Positions 27,027 through 42,161 of a DNA stretch of 64,000 nucleotides are shown one piece after another; positions within the stretch are counted from its first letter, which is position 1, and every line of letters starts with the position of its first letter. The DNA is taken from NCBI RefSeq assembly GCF_006345805.1, contig NC_043015.1:6572001-6636000 (forward strand). Direction: 5' to 3'. The notes below the pieces were generated by a model. That model searched no databases. It saw only the letters and a program-made list of their open reading frames with translations, and was not told the origin of the DNA. The position numbers and the translations under genes were made by a program. This DNA comes from Octopus sinensis (lineage: Eukaryota).

Positions 27027-29060
27027 GTCTATATCCATATATTTCTATGTATGTATGTATTAGTGTGTGTGTGTGTGCGCATCAGTGTATGTCGCTGTCT
27101 ATGCGTTCTCTAGTTAAAGATGTTGGGAAGCAGTATATAAATTAGATTAAATATTCTTGTAATTTATATCTATATCTTATTGCGACTTGATAATGTAACG
27201 CTCTTTACGTTCAAATATCACTTAAGGCTGTGATTGGGATGTTTTACACGCATAAATGAATACACCCATGTATATATGTGTATATATATGCGTTTGTGTT
27301 TACGTTACGTGATTATAAATTGCATGCGCGAGGGTGGGTGTTAAATTACGCGAAGCACGCTGCGTAGAATGACGCCAGACAGGGTTGCTATCTCCTGAGT
27401 TTTGTGCATGGTGCGTTTCTTTCCAAGGCCAGTCTTAAATTGATGGCTAATTAGCATCGTAATGGAGCCTAGACATGTCTGGAGAATGTTCTTGCTTCAT
27501 GTATCTGATCCCCAGCAGATTATACCTAGCGGCGTAATCGCGTCTTCAACTTCTTTGCTAATACGAAAAAAATTAATGCTTTACTATTGATGTAATGAGA
27601 ATATTCATCCTGTTACTGTCCCCGAGGGAAGGTGAGTAAGAAAGCAGTGCAAAGGTGTATGCCAACGAAATTCAAGTCTGTAACATCTGAATGGTGCCAA
27701 AGTCTTTAATAGTGCAAACATATTTAAATGAACAATTTTTGCTTCCGAGCCATATTACAAAAATATTACAATGCTCTAACGTTACAGCATATTTTGACTT
27801 GAGAAAAAGTGCCGAATGTTCAAGTGGGGTAGCTATACGGAAGGAACATGTGAAATATGCTTAAAATATGAAGAAACTACCAGACTTGTAAGGAACGACT
27901 TTCTCAGTATACCACATTTCTATTGGAAGTATTATGTTGTTGGCTTGCAACGGATGCATTGTATCTTATTTGAGTAACATTTATGCTATGAGGCAGAGCA
28001 ATGCAGTAACTTGTGACTTGCTGAATGGAAATTTGAAAAATTAGTAGAGGGTTTCTTTTATCACTTTTCAGTTGCTGTCCTATTCCAAATGTGACTTTCA
28101 AATTCCTTATTCAGTAATCTAATTTTGCTGACTTCTCATATAAATACTCAAAGAAGATGATATTTAACTACAGGCATACCTCAACTGACGTCAGTGATTT
28201 GATTCCAAAACATCCGATCCGAAGAAGGGAGATAACGTGAGACGAAAAAATATTAGAGGAAATGTAATCCCTCATATCTATTCTTATAAATGTGTCGTAC
28301 GTATTTTCACATATATTTTTTTTTAATTTTTCACCATTAGTTTTGGGTTTAAGTATTTTTTTTTTTTTTTTGATGATTGCTTTTAAATATTTATGCAGCA
28401 ACCGACTTTTAGGTCAGGTAAGCCGGCTGCAAAAAAAAAAAAAATGACATAGAGACGAAAACGAAGAAATTTGTGATGTGCCTGTATATATTTGTCAATG
28501 TTTGACTTCCGTCCTGCCTATGTCGCGTTTACGGATGACATCTGCGTGGATTTCCATATCGATGTTATCTACTTAATAAACGTAGCATTTGCTTTGAAGA
28601 TTCATTTACAGGAATGCAATACACATATGTGTAATATAATTCTGCATCGTATCTGTCGAACAAATTTCACTTTACATTATTGACGAACAGAGGGCTATAG
28701 CCGAAAACACTTACTCGTGGGGAGGGGTGAATGTAGTGAATGCCATGCAAAAAGCCGGACACGTGATTTCTCATAAAACACAATATTTGATATTATAGCA
28801 AATATAATATAATGGTTTGATATATTATAGCATGATTTATAACGATCATTAAAACTCTTACAATTCTTTTTCCTTACATAATATTTTTTTGGCATATTTT
28901 TGACAGAATCTATATCAAATAATAAATATAATTTCTTATATATGTGGCCAAACCCGTGGAGAAAAATTTCATTTCTGTATTTCAATTCATTAAATTTTTT
29001 TTTCTAATCGAAAACGTCGTAATGTATAAGTACACGAATACATCCATCTATACACACATA

Positions 29061-29095
<35 letters not shown>

Positions 29096-29569
29096 CAAAC
29101 ACAGAAAAAATATTTCGATGTCTTTTTCAGAATTTTGCAATATGGTAGGCATACATTTGAGCACAATAAATAAAATAATTATGTAATAATATACGAATCT
29201 ATCATTAGAATTGCGATTCTGCAATTCTATAAGTGTCATATGAATTTCCTTGGGAATTTTTTTTTAATATTTGCATGTGTGCGTTCTCTGTGCATATATG
29301 TACATATATGAATAGGTGCATATATTTATACATAAACACATGCAATGAATTCAAACTTATACAAACATACATATATATGCATATATAGATATATGCATGC
29401 ATATATATATATATATTATATATATATATACTGTATTTGTGAGTATATGTGTGTACGTCTGAGAGAACTAGAGGGAAAGAACTAGAAAGCGAGTCTGTGG
29501 GAACATACGCTTAAGTATATGTGCATAAATATGGTTATGAGATTTTGTATACATATATACATATGTGAG

Positions 29570-29640
<71 letters not shown>

Positions 29641-29959
29641 TATATAACCAGACTTGGTTTGTGTGCATACATAACGATACATGTCGTAATGCCAAGTATT
29701 TGTGCTTTGCAAGCACAAACAAGACTAGATATTAAATTTTATTGGCTGTAATCGCTTCAGGAACGATATTAAGGAATAGAATTTCGTCGCCAAATAGACA
29801 TACATACTCTCACATGGGCGTATGTAAGTATTCGTGTTTAGTTCCTCGTGCCTGCATGCAACAATATGAATGGGAGAAGTTATAGATATATTTTCAACAA
29901 CACATGTTCATACAATATGTGTATATATGTATAATTACTTATATGTTTATACACGAAGG

Positions 29960-30109
29960 GATTCTTTCAGTTTCCGTCTACCAATTCCGCTCACAAGGCT
30001 TTGCTCGGACCGAGGCTACAGCCGACGACCCTCGAGAAAGGGGGCACGCAGTGGGATTGAACCTGCGACAATGTGGTTGGTAAGCAAGCTACTCACCACA
30101 CAGCCACTC
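29960..30109 (-). mobile_element. SINE family A head half
   Basis: CTTTCAGTTTCCGTCTACCAA...GGTTGGTAAGCAAGCTACT..CCACACAGCCACTC. Confidence 0.85.
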
Positions 30110-30145
<36 letters not shown>

Positions 30146-30917
30146 AAAGAAAGAAAGTGAGGAGAGACAGAGAGAGTGCGTGGTGAAGAGACTGAGGGAG
30201 AGACAGAAAGATATAGAGTCTGCTGTTCGAATATACGTAGGGTCAGAAAAATCAATACTCTACGTATCATTTAATATAAAGAAATTTTTAAAATAAGCTA
30301 ATAATCTCATGCTGATTCAAACAACGTACAGATTTTATACAACGTACCTTGTCTATCCAAGGAATCTCTTACGCTCAGTTCAAACGTATATACATGTTTG
30401 ATAACCGGTACACTGGTCTATAAAGAAACGTTAGAAAACAACTGGCAGAAAATGCGACGGAGACTGATGAAAAATGTAAAACGAGAACAACGAAATTATT
30501 AGTAAAAAAAGGAGGAGACCATCGTACTGTTTTTCTTTAGAAACCTTAATTGATAAAGCTAGAGGAAGGAGGGCCATCATCTATCAGATGGCTACTCAAT
30601 CCGGAGAGCATAAAGTCTGTATTTTATTCTGGTTTATATCTTACCATAGAGATCTTTTATTTTCAATATGGGTTCATATTTAATTCTGGTCGATATTTGT
30701 GGATAAATGAAGCTTCTTTATTCATCCTTAATCGTATTGAAGTTCACAAATCAAGATGAGAAAATGGGGAAATTAAGAATTGAGTTTGTAATCTTTCTGC
30801 GCATTCTTCATCGTGTTTACTGAGATATATTTGGCGATATTTTGGGGAAATATTTCTTGTTTGTGGACCGTATATCTCTGTGTGATCAACGTTCGTGTCG
30901 AACCAATCCAATATGGT

Positions 30918-31067
<150 letters not shown>

Positions 31068-31741
31068 GGCGCAAAATTTAGTGGTAAGTGTGAAGCACTC
31101 ACAATTACGACATTGTGAGTGGGGACGGTATTATAGAATCGAATGTACCCTAATTATGTAGAATATATATATATATATAAATTCCAATATTTTTACGAAT
31201 GTCAGTGCTACCGAAACGCGAAACCGGTATTCCACCGTAATATTCTATCCTTTAAAATGTATTGAAAATATGTATATTGCGTGCATTTTCCTTCTTTCTT
31301 TATACACAAACACACACTCACACGCACATTTACATGTATATGTACATATATGTGTGTGTATATATGTATATATGATTGCCTCTGTGTGTGTGTGTGCGTA
31401 AACGAACACACACACATGTGTTTATATAAACATAAAGATTTGGATATTGATAGGCACAAGTAGTTGCAAATTACATCTAAATTTACTACGGCACTACGAT
31501 TTATGAAGTACTAATTAAGAGAAGATTCCCTTATATTACGTTATGACTACTGCTCGGTGCACCGAAACCAAGTGCAGTAATTGAAGACCATTATATAGAA
31601 AATCTAGACACATATACACAAACACATACACACGCTCACACACAGGTAAACACTCATATATTCAGACACACGCATACACACATATGTAGTGGATACACAA
31701 TCACGGACAAACACATACACACCTACATATATATTTGCATG

Positions 31742-31788
<47 letters not shown>

Positions 31789-32195
31789 TAGTGTAGATGC
31801 TGCTCGTGTCGTCGTTGCTGCTCTTCTGCAGTACATTTTGTTCTTCATATTTTTTTTATTTTGCTATTGTTCGAAACAGTTTTTCTAATTTTTTTTTGCC
31901 CATCATTTATCAAGATAGCAGAACACGCCTTTTATTTCTTATGTATTTATTATCTTATATTTTTATCTACAAGATTATATTTCAAATTTTGTTTTTTCTC
32001 CCCGGTTTTTTTCTCAAATATTATTTATCGTATTAGCTGCATAGACTAAGAATAAAAAAAAAAGAAAATATATTACAAAAATTCTACGAATCAAGGAACA
32101 GGAATAATGTAAGATAAAAAGCAAGCAGTGTTACGTATTTTGTTTTGAATATTCACTAATGACTAAAGTGTTGCGATGAACGTACGTATGTATGC

Positions 32196-32227
<32 letters not shown>

Positions 32228-33934
32228 TATATATACACGTTTACATAGGTATACTTATATATATACAAATAAGTATATGTATGTATGTATGTAAGTACAC
32301 ATACTCATAAGTATATAGATACTTAGGAAACCATAGATATTTTGGACTAATGTTTAGTAAAACCTACGGCTTTAAATCTGCCCAGTGATACTGCTGTATA
32401 CATACATAAATACATACATATATATGAGAGAGAGAGGTGGGGAGAGAGAATATAGCCGGGAAAGTTATTTCACTAGTGGTCTAAATAAATTGGCACGCTG
32501 TTTAAGTGCTATGATTGTTCATCTGTTGGATTCCAAGTTCACACCTGAAGTTAGACCTAGGGTTCCATATTAGGCTTCCGTATTTACAGGTATATATTAA
32601 AAGAAAAGAACAACAAAAACGAACATGTAGACCCTGCTAGAAAGAAGCCCTTCAAATATTATTTCATAATTCAACTCAATTATTCAATAAACAACTCGAA
32701 GAATTTTCTACATGTAAGCATAAGTTTTATATCTCCTTTAAATTCTTCCATAGGTCTAAATACAAGCAAAATCAATACACATAACAATTGCAAATGCATC
32801 TGCGATCGGTAAAATATACGTACATTTTTCCTTTCCTTTTCTTGTCTATCAACATAAGTATCTTTCTAACTCTGTATGCCCACGTGGACCATTTACACAT
32901 AATCCATTACTTCAGCATGAACGCATCATTCTAAATACTGTCAAAATACTACCTGGATTTACCTAAGTTTATACATAAGGGCCTATACCTTTACGGAAGT
33001 ACGGGCCAATCTCTATACCTTCTGGAAAAAGATTATCTATGAACCTTCTCTCCTGTCTGTATTTTGCGACTTCTACTCTTTATTTTTATATTTTATTCCT
33101 TATAAACAGTGAATTTCTCCGTCTGGAACTTTCAGACGTGTTCACTTTGTCTTTGATGACGGATTACCCAGTGTACGGATACGCTAGCTTATCACTTGGG
33201 ATATCCCAGAAATAGCTGTAAGTTTTCAAATTTAACTTACCCTAAAATATTATAAATGACTTGAGATACTCGTCCTGTCTTGATTTTTGTTGTCCTTTTC
33301 CTCTAATATATGTATGAGTGTGTTTGTGTAACAAAAGGTGCTTCCAAAGAATTAATTGATGAAAGGAGATATTATATCACGTGAAAAAAATAATAAACGG
33401 AGGTGTTTCTACACTGATACAAATCATTCAGTTTTCTTGCATTGATATCAATAAATTTAATTTACTCTTCTATATTATGAGTATTACTTCCTTTATGTAT
33501 TCTTTTGTGATCTATTTTTGCAACGATGAAATGTATTCTTATGTTCTGACGTCAAATACTCACACGTAGCGGTATGTATATAGTATGTAATTACATTGAT
33601 GCACTTCCGATTTGCAAGGTAGTTTCGTAATATCTAGTAATTCAATTTAACTGAAGGAAATTATTCGATACTCTGACGCTAGGTGAACTTTCACTTATTG
33701 AATGAGAAATTCTTTCTTTGAAGTACGTCCAGGTTTTTGCAGTTTCACATTTTTGGATACATGGATATGTGCACTAAGAGAATGGCAAGCATTGCTTATT
33801 ATAGAATAGCAATTGCAATGTTTCACTCGAGAGATATAGGAAGATCACACAAGATGAAGCGCAGAACGATAAATCCACGATATTTTTGCTCTTCTATTCT
33901 CTCTCTTTTTTATATTTTCTTAACTCTTTCTTTT

Positions 33935-34045
33935 GAATAGCGTGGGCTCGAAACGTAAAATATATTTTCGCTTCCAGAAAGTCAAACTAATACACCTGCT
34001 TGTTGTCCATACACCTGTCTTCGTCATTTGTATTTCTATAAATTT
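33935..34045 (+). mobile_element. Family D repeat, Penelope-like terminal remnant
   Basis: GCGTGGGCTCGAAACGT...AAACTAATACACCTGCTTGTTGT. The reverse complement recurs at 59085-59210. The Penelope assignment is inferred from the xxGAxxx-stem-CGAAAC layout. Confidence 0.5.
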
Positions 34046-34192
34046 CTACTATATATATATGTGAGGGCGTGTGCGTATGTTTACATATAAGTATATATAT
34101 ACATTTCAGTATATATATTGTATATATATATGAACACACACATACATACATTATATATATATATATATATATATATGAAGACATACATACAT

Positions 34193-34239
<47 letters not shown>

Positions 34240-34273
34240 CACACACATACCATATATATATATATATATATAC

Positions 34274-34304
<31 letters not shown>

Positions 34305-34339
34305 GGTTTAAAGCCCTTTCAGTCATTAATGACAATAGG

Positions 34340-34630
34340 AACCTAGAAAGTTCCCCTACGAGGCAGAAGTCCGGGCAAGGTTGTGTATGGAAGACCAGCT
34401 GTTGCCCATGTGAACCACCCTCCCATCTCCCCTACCAATGGGGTCCAAGGAAAGGGCAAATGCCGATCCAGTTTTGCACTAGTGACGTCACAACTCATTT
34501 CTATAGGAGAGTGAAGAGGAGGAGCGTGAAATAAATTGTCCTGCTGAAGAACGCAAAACCCAGTCCGGTCTGGGAATCGAACTTAGTACCTCGTGATTTT
34601 GATTTCGACTCTCTAACCACTGAGCCATAA
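34340..34630 (-). mobile_element. Family E tRNA-derived SINE
   Basis: Minus-strand head ATGGCTCAGTGGTTAGAG (A box) and GTTCGATTCCCAGACCG (B box), followed by a non-family-A body. Confidence 0.8.
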
Positions 34631-35011
34631 AAACTACTATTAGTCTTAAGTTAGAAATGTGTATTTATACAACCTAACATCTCAGAAGCCTGAGTTTTCG
34701 GTATTCCGGCACTGTGCAAAACTGCTAGTTATTGAATATCTCTAATATACGTGTGGTATGAAGAACCTAGTTATGACGCAAATTATATATATTCCCCGTA
34801 TCAATCAAGAATTAGATTATATGTAGCTTCATCGTCGTTCATGTATTTGAAAATAGATAGTTATAGGTAAGGAGAATAATGATCGCTATTATACACACAC
34901 ACACACACCTATAGATTGATATATATGTTTATATATATATATATATGTATATAGATATGTGTGTGTGTTTGGGATTTTGTTTGTGACTGTGGGTATATGT
35001 GCACGTGTATG

Positions 35012-35043
<32 letters not shown>

Positions 35044-35829
35044 TCGACAAAAGCATATACCATATCCAAGGCTGTGAGGAGTTTTCAGGACATTTATAAG
35101 GAACAAGATACAGTATTACAGCTGTTTCTGGGATATTATGGATATCATTTGATCCAATACGATGTGAGAGAGGTAAATGGAAAAGGAGGAGATAGAGAAA
35201 ATAGAGGGAAATAAGAGAATGAAAGTGGAAATATCATATAAAATATGGTAGTTTGGTGTATATATATATGTATGTATATATACATGTATGTATATATATA
35301 TATATCAACAGGATCAGTTATAATACTATTCTACAGCCATAACAACAATCCAACATACCTCCATCATCAGCTGCCCCACGGATATCTTTATGGTTTCGAT
35401 ACTTGGGTAGTACCATTCAATTCGTCGGATTCAGCAGCACTAGAATAAGTGTTGTTTGGGAACAAGCAGACCACGCACATAGTAACACACACACACACAC
35501 AAACACATTTATACATATATACACACACACACACACACATATATACATATATATTTATATGTATGTATGTATATATATATATATATTATATGTATGTATA
35601 TATGAAGATATGGGATGGAGGGAGAGATGGATATATAGAAATATATAATGTATAGTTTAGCTGAACGAAAGACAAAATCAGTTCGATTAATAGATACGTA
35701 GATAGATAGATACACACATATAAACATATATATATGTATATACACACAAACACACACACACCACCACATATAATATAATATATATATATACACATATACA
35801 TAGATATATACATACATACATATAACAAT

Positions 35830-35865
<36 letters not shown>

Positions 35866-36732
35866 CAGACAGACACCCTCGTACACACCACATATATACT
35901 GATAGATCCTCTTATGTGTACACGATTCGATTTTTGCCTCAATTTTGTTAACTGCTCATTAATATATGTATAAAATAACAGGAAAAATTCATATCTAAAG
36001 TAATTTACTCAAAAGCAAATAAGAGGCAAAATATTAATATCAAATATATTAGTTTTTGGTGCATTTCAGTTGCATTTCTGAGTAAAATGATGTTTATGAT
36101 ATTATTGTATATTATAATATAATATAATATATCATATAATACAGGCAATCGCATTCGCGCGCGTGTATATTACACACATCCACATTATATTTATATTATT
36201 ATATATATGATATAATATATATATAGATATATACAGACATCCATATCTATATAGATTCCCATATACATATATAAATACATACATATACACACATATTATT
36301 ATATGTATATGTTGTGTATATCTATCTATCTATCTCTCTCCATCTCTCTTATATATATGTTATATAGATATATATATTATATATATATATATATATGTGT
36401 GTATAATATATATATATAATGTATATATATATATATTATATATATATATATATATGTGTATATTATATTATATATAGTATATATATGTATGTTGTATATC
36501 TATCTATCTATCTATCTATCTCTATCTATATATATATATATATGTATATATAATGTATATGTATGTGTATATCTATCTATCTATCTATCTAGATATATAT
36601 ATATATATATATATATATGTATTATATATATGTATATGTATGTGTATATCTATCTATCTATCTATCTATATATATATATATATATATATGTGTAATATAT
36701 TATTTATATGTATGTGTATATCTATCTTTATC

Positions 36733-36768
<36 letters not shown>

Positions 36769-37189
36769 CTGATATACTTAATGACTCGTATTGATTTCTA
36801 TTCAATTACATTTAAGTCGTAATAAAGTGAATAGGAATAAATTGAATTACAAAAATGCTGATACAAATTATAAGGATACCTAGCCATTAAAAAAAACCCA
36901 AAAACTATCAAACAATCAAAACATAAATGAAAAATATAGAATTAATTTTGCGAGCATCAAATATATTGAGAAATTGAAATGAGGTTTTATAAGGAATCGT
37001 GTGGTTGTTCACTTCTTTGAATTCAGGAGAGTTTAAATATACTTTAATAATCAGGAATATATTCAAATCTAAATGCATCTTATCATACACATGTGTATGT
37101 ATGTATGTATGTATTTATGTATGTAAGTATGTATGTATGTATGTATGCATGTATGTGTATACATATATAGATAGATAGATAGATGCCCG

Positions 37190-37257
<68 letters not shown>

Positions 37258-37509
37258 ATATATATATCTGTGTGTGTTTGTGAGTGTATGTTTATTATTG
37301 ACAGTATATCGCCCAGATAAACGGAACTTGTAATGCCCTGCTGGGCACAATGTGATTCTACGAATTGTGTTAGCTTTTGGATAACGTCACCCTGCTTGAT
37401 ATATGTGTAGGGCAACATTCCTCTTGAACGGAACGCCAGTCCCTCGCATTTTCTGTCATTTCTAGCTCAGCAGAATTGCACAATGTAATATATAATACAT
37501 ATAAATATA

Positions 37510-37635
37510 GCTTGCTTCTCAACCACAGGGTTTCACGTTCAGTCCCACTGTGTGATATCTTGGAGGAGTGCCTTCTACTGTAGCAACGGCCGACCAAAGC
37601 CTTGTGAGTGGTTTTGGAGGAAGGAAACTAATAGA
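37510..37635 (+). mobile_element. SINE family A head fragment
   Basis: GCTTGCTTCTCAACCAC..GTTCAGTCCCACTG..GGCCGACCAAAGCCTTGTGAGTGG. Confidence 0.8.
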
Positions 37636-38479
37636 CTGATATACACTTAAGTATGTATGTATGTATGTATGTATGTATGTATGTATGTATGTATGTATGT
37701 ATGTATGTATGCATGTATGTATGCATTTATCTTCTTTTGTTTCAATTCTGAATATAATAATAAACATTTTTTTTCGCATCAGATTCATCGTGACAATTTA
37801 CATTCTCAGGATACTTCATATTGTTTAAATTCAGAATCAATGTTTCTGAAATTGAGTGCAACATTGCATATTAGTTTAAATCGTAACCTCGTTTGTGAAT
37901 ACATTTTAACTAACAGTGAATATTGAAGTCAATTCCTATGGGATTTGCCCCAAGTCTGTGTTATAAACTCGAAATGTATTTGGATTCACATTATTTCCTT
38001 GTTCTCTGTTGAATGATAATCTAATCTCGCTATCATGTGATTTGGGGTTAGATTAGGATTTTCTTTGGAGCAGTTAGATTTAGGGAGACACATTCAGGAA
38101 TACTACTTCAGAGTAGATTTAAGTTTTCATGTCATCTAAAATTGTATTATGATTGAAATAATAATTTTAATTATATAAAAGATAAATTGTGCATTTAGAT
38201 ATAAGATCTGGTGTATTCATCGCATTTAAATAAACGACATATATTCACAGAAAAAAAGTACAAATATGTACAATGTATATTTATAGTGCTATTTACACTA
38301 GCGTCAACATACAGATATTCAGAAGTACTCTAAGTTTCAAATTATACTCTTATCAAACACAGTCGCATATCTAGATTCTTTAACACAGAATTTGATATAT
38401 ATTTTCTTGCATGTTCGAATAATCTATTTCTGAAATATATCTTCATTCATTGTGGCTAAGATGACAATAAATTAACTCT

Positions 38480-38660
38480 AACAGTAGGGAGCAAGGCAAA
38501 ATGCCTGGCAGTATATAGTTTTTTCTCCTAACATTTTGACCTGAAATCCTGCTGAGTTCCACTCTATCACTGATCATTCAGCAGTTCAATAAAATACATA
38601 TTAGTCTAATATTGGATGACATCAAATCGACTACATTACTGATATTGTGCCAAAGAATGA
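38480..38660 (+). mobile_element. Old degenerate family B2 SINE
   Basis: GCAAAATGCCTGGCAGTAT..AATAAAATACATATTAG..GATATTGTGCCAAAGAATGAAA is colinear with the B2 copies. Confidence 0.5.
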
Positions 38661-39559
38661 AATCTTTATATTTTCTGCTCTCCTGCGGAGCTACGTGATA
38701 GATTTTAAGTAGGACAGACTGTCTACTTCACAATTCTATAAAGGCTGAACTAGTGGCCAGCATTTAGCGAGATTTACACGTCTTTCTGAAGAAACAAAAT
38801 GGTCAATTAAAACTATATGGCGCCATATTCTAAGTATCTCAGGATTTAAGTTTTAATGTAGCCAGTTCTAGTTTTGGTGCATCAGGTTTATCAGTTTGCT
38901 TAACGTTTTAAAATCATCTTTTTCGCTTTTAAAGCAGCGTTTTCTGTTTTCTCTTATACCCAGGAACAGGGATATTTCCAGTACCCTATACAATGCCTAA
39001 TTTTTCCCAGACGAAAAATCAAATAATGACATAGGACAGATAATAGAACGCGTAAGCTAATTCATTCACGTTACAATAATACAAATAAATACGTGTGGAA
39101 TCGGAAAATGACATTCACTTGGTCAGATGAGTGGAAAGCTGCAAATATATAATCAATGGGAACACCAAGAAATGCTATGAAATGAAGCAACATAAAAAGT
39201 TTGAATAGTAAACAAAATATATTTAGAGAAAGAGCATTTAATTTGACGGCTACGTTTCATGGGTATAGTTCCACTGATCGTGAGAAACAAATATCGATTG
39301 CCGCGTTTGGAGCCTACAATTTTAAGTGCAAGCGTCAAGTGAATACATGTAACATGCTTTTGCACACAATGCTGCAACGTTTACAGTCGATAATTTTAAG
39401 TGCAGGTGTTAAGGAATACATACAGCAACATGAGAATGCTGAAATAATTGAATATTTTAACCCCACAACAATTTAGGCCAAATTTCCTTAATCAGTTAAA
39501 CAAGAACATCTTGCGGTTTGCTTGAATGGCCTTGGTGAAGATTTATTATTCTCAACCCA

Positions 39560-39850
39560 TCCTTCGTGCATATTCCAACTCTGTATAAAATTTCAAGAAA
39601 ATCGGTTGAAAACTTATAAAAGGTATGGCAGAAAATAACATTCATATGAGAATTTGCTTTGAAATATCCTATTGATTTTTTGTTGTTGTAGAACCGCTGA
39701 TGATTAAAACTTATCGATTCTTACGAAATTCCAAGTACGTAAATGACCGCATTGGCATAAGACCCCCCACACGTGTTGAGTTTCATCAAGATCGATTGTA
39801 GAGTCGCGGAGGAGTTAAAGTAACAAATTCACAACCACACATAAACACAC
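39560..39850 (+). mobile_element. Non-autonomous Helentron-associated (HINE/DINE-1-like) element, copy 1
   Basis: AAATTTCAAGAAAATCGGTTGAAAAC and GAGTTTCATCAAGATCGATTG..CGGAGGAGTT motifs. Direct repeat of 40470-40765. Confidence 0.6.
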
Positions 39851-40364
39851 ACCCAATGATGGATAACAAGTCCTGACTTTCTCAAGTTAGTTGAGGCCCA
39901 CATGAGAATATCCACTGCCTTAAAAGACTGATATATGATCTTAAACCTTCTAAAAGAGTTAAGGTTCATTTAGTGACTTCATACAAATCTGAACTCCAAA
40001 AGTATTCGCAAGTTAAGAGGGGATTTTCTGATAATTTCAACCTTGTATATAAGCAGTCGTTTGTATAAATGTAGTTTGATTTTCAGTATATCTGAGGTTA
40101 TGCATGAAATATTAAATAGAAAATGCTTGAGAAATAAAATGTACTTACCTATTCAAAGCCTGAAATGCTCGGGAATTAAATCAACGAATTGAAACAATAA
40201 GTTTTAGCAAATGAAAACGATTCGTATTGAAATGCAGAATTAAATTAGCAAATGCAAATGAGATTACCGTTAATAAGATGTATGTTTATACCCATGAAAC
40301 ATTTTTCGTCAATATAAAACCTATATTAATGGGGAGGACCAGTTTGACAAAAAAAAAAAAAAGA

Positions 40365-40765
40365 AAAATAACCAGAGTCTGGTAGCGAACCAATGTCGCC
40401 GTCATTTTTGTGCATGTGCATAGAAAAATCTATTTGCCTCAACACATCTGTGGTGAATATTCCATCTGTATATGAAATTTCAAGAAAATCGGTTGAAAAC
40501 TCTAAAAGTCATGGCAGAAAATAACATTCATATGAGAATTTGCATGGAAATGTCCTCTTGATTTTTGAAAAATAGTTGCTGATTAAAAATTATAATTTTT
40601 TTTGAAATTCCAAATGCGTAAATGACCGCATGGGCGTAAGCCCCCCCCCCCCCCACACACACATTTCAAGTTCGGTTGGATAGTCTCGGAAGAGTTAAAG
40701 TAACAAACTCACAAAAACACACAGAGCCACAAACAAACAGAAATTGCCATTTATGTATGTAGATT
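40365..40765 (+). mobile_element. HINE/DINE-1-like element, copy 2
   Basis: Shares long colinear blocks with 39560-39850 and ends ACAAACAGAAATTGCCATTTATGTATGTAGAT. Confidence 0.65.
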
Positions 40766-41211
40766 TGTTTTTAAGAAAGAATCCTTTTTCCGTAAAGATA
40801 AAATGTTTTCCTAGCAGTGTCAGATGCACTTAGGTTCACCTTCTTTGATTTGGATACATTATGTTGCCTCGGACTGAGACTTACGTTGTAAGCAAAAACG
40901 GATAGTAGGACACTGTACAGAAAAGAAGAACGTTATATTAAGTATACTTATTACCTAAGGCCTACTCAGAATCTGTGTGCCACGGATGTACCCGAGAATT
41001 ACGCTAAATTTATACGTATCTGTGGAATTCTCGGCCACCTGAACGTTAACACATGCGCATTTAATTAATTACTCAAACCACCAAATCCTCGATGTCAACT
41101 GATGAAGACTGATTTCTCATACAATCATACAAATGCATACGTTCTATAAACAGCATACATATATAATATATATATATATATATATGCATGTATGTATATA
41201 TATAATATATA

Positions 41212-41257
<46 letters not shown>

Positions 41258-41283
41258 ATATATGCATGTATATATATATATGC

Positions 41284-41338
<55 letters not shown>

Positions 41339-42121
41339 CTATATAATGTAGTATATTATATATATATATATTATATATATAATATATATATATACCATAA
41401 TACAACTCGCGACCTCATACTTGCGGAGCGAACTTGCTAGCCATTACGCCATCAGCTTAGATATGTACACACAGCATGCAGAAGCTTAATCGATAGAATC
41501 TGAGGAATAAATCTTGTTTCAGAGATTTTATGATATTTGTTGGAGATTCAAGTGTGTAGGAATAGGAGCTGTTGGTCTGTATGTGGATATTTTGGGAGCT
41601 ATATGAACTATCAATATGTGCATCAGAGACAAACGCACAAATAGTGCTTCGTATCTCTAAATGATTGATTAATTTTGGTGGTGTTTTGGAAAGCTGCGAA
41701 TCATAACACTCGAATATAAATAACGAAATGGAAAGAATATTTGTTGAAAAGAAAACATAACTGGGAAAAAACGAGCAGTACGATACGTTGTGCTTTCTAT
41801 CAAATACACACACAAAAAGAAACACAAAACCTTCAATATTTGGCGTTGAAACCTCTAGCGTATGGTGGGTATTAATTTAACGTTGACATACATACATTCG
41901 TATATACATATCTATCTACCAACTTGTCTATATATGTATGCATTTATGTATGTATGTATGTATGTATGTATGTATGTATATATATATATATTTATATATA
42001 TATATATATATATATATCCAAAATCTGTGTGTATGTATATATATATTTATTTATATATATGATAATTTTATATGATATATATATATATACTTTATATAGA
42101 TGGTATATATACATATATATT

Positions 42122-42161
<40 letters not shown>

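Noticed and set aside
34483-34490. CRE palindrome TGACGTCA
   Set aside because: It is inside a family E SINE body, with no promoter context.
37370-37460. RSVQEECC resembling an insulin A-chain
   Set aside because: The remaining A-chain cysteines are missing, and the ORF begins in antisense SINE sequence.
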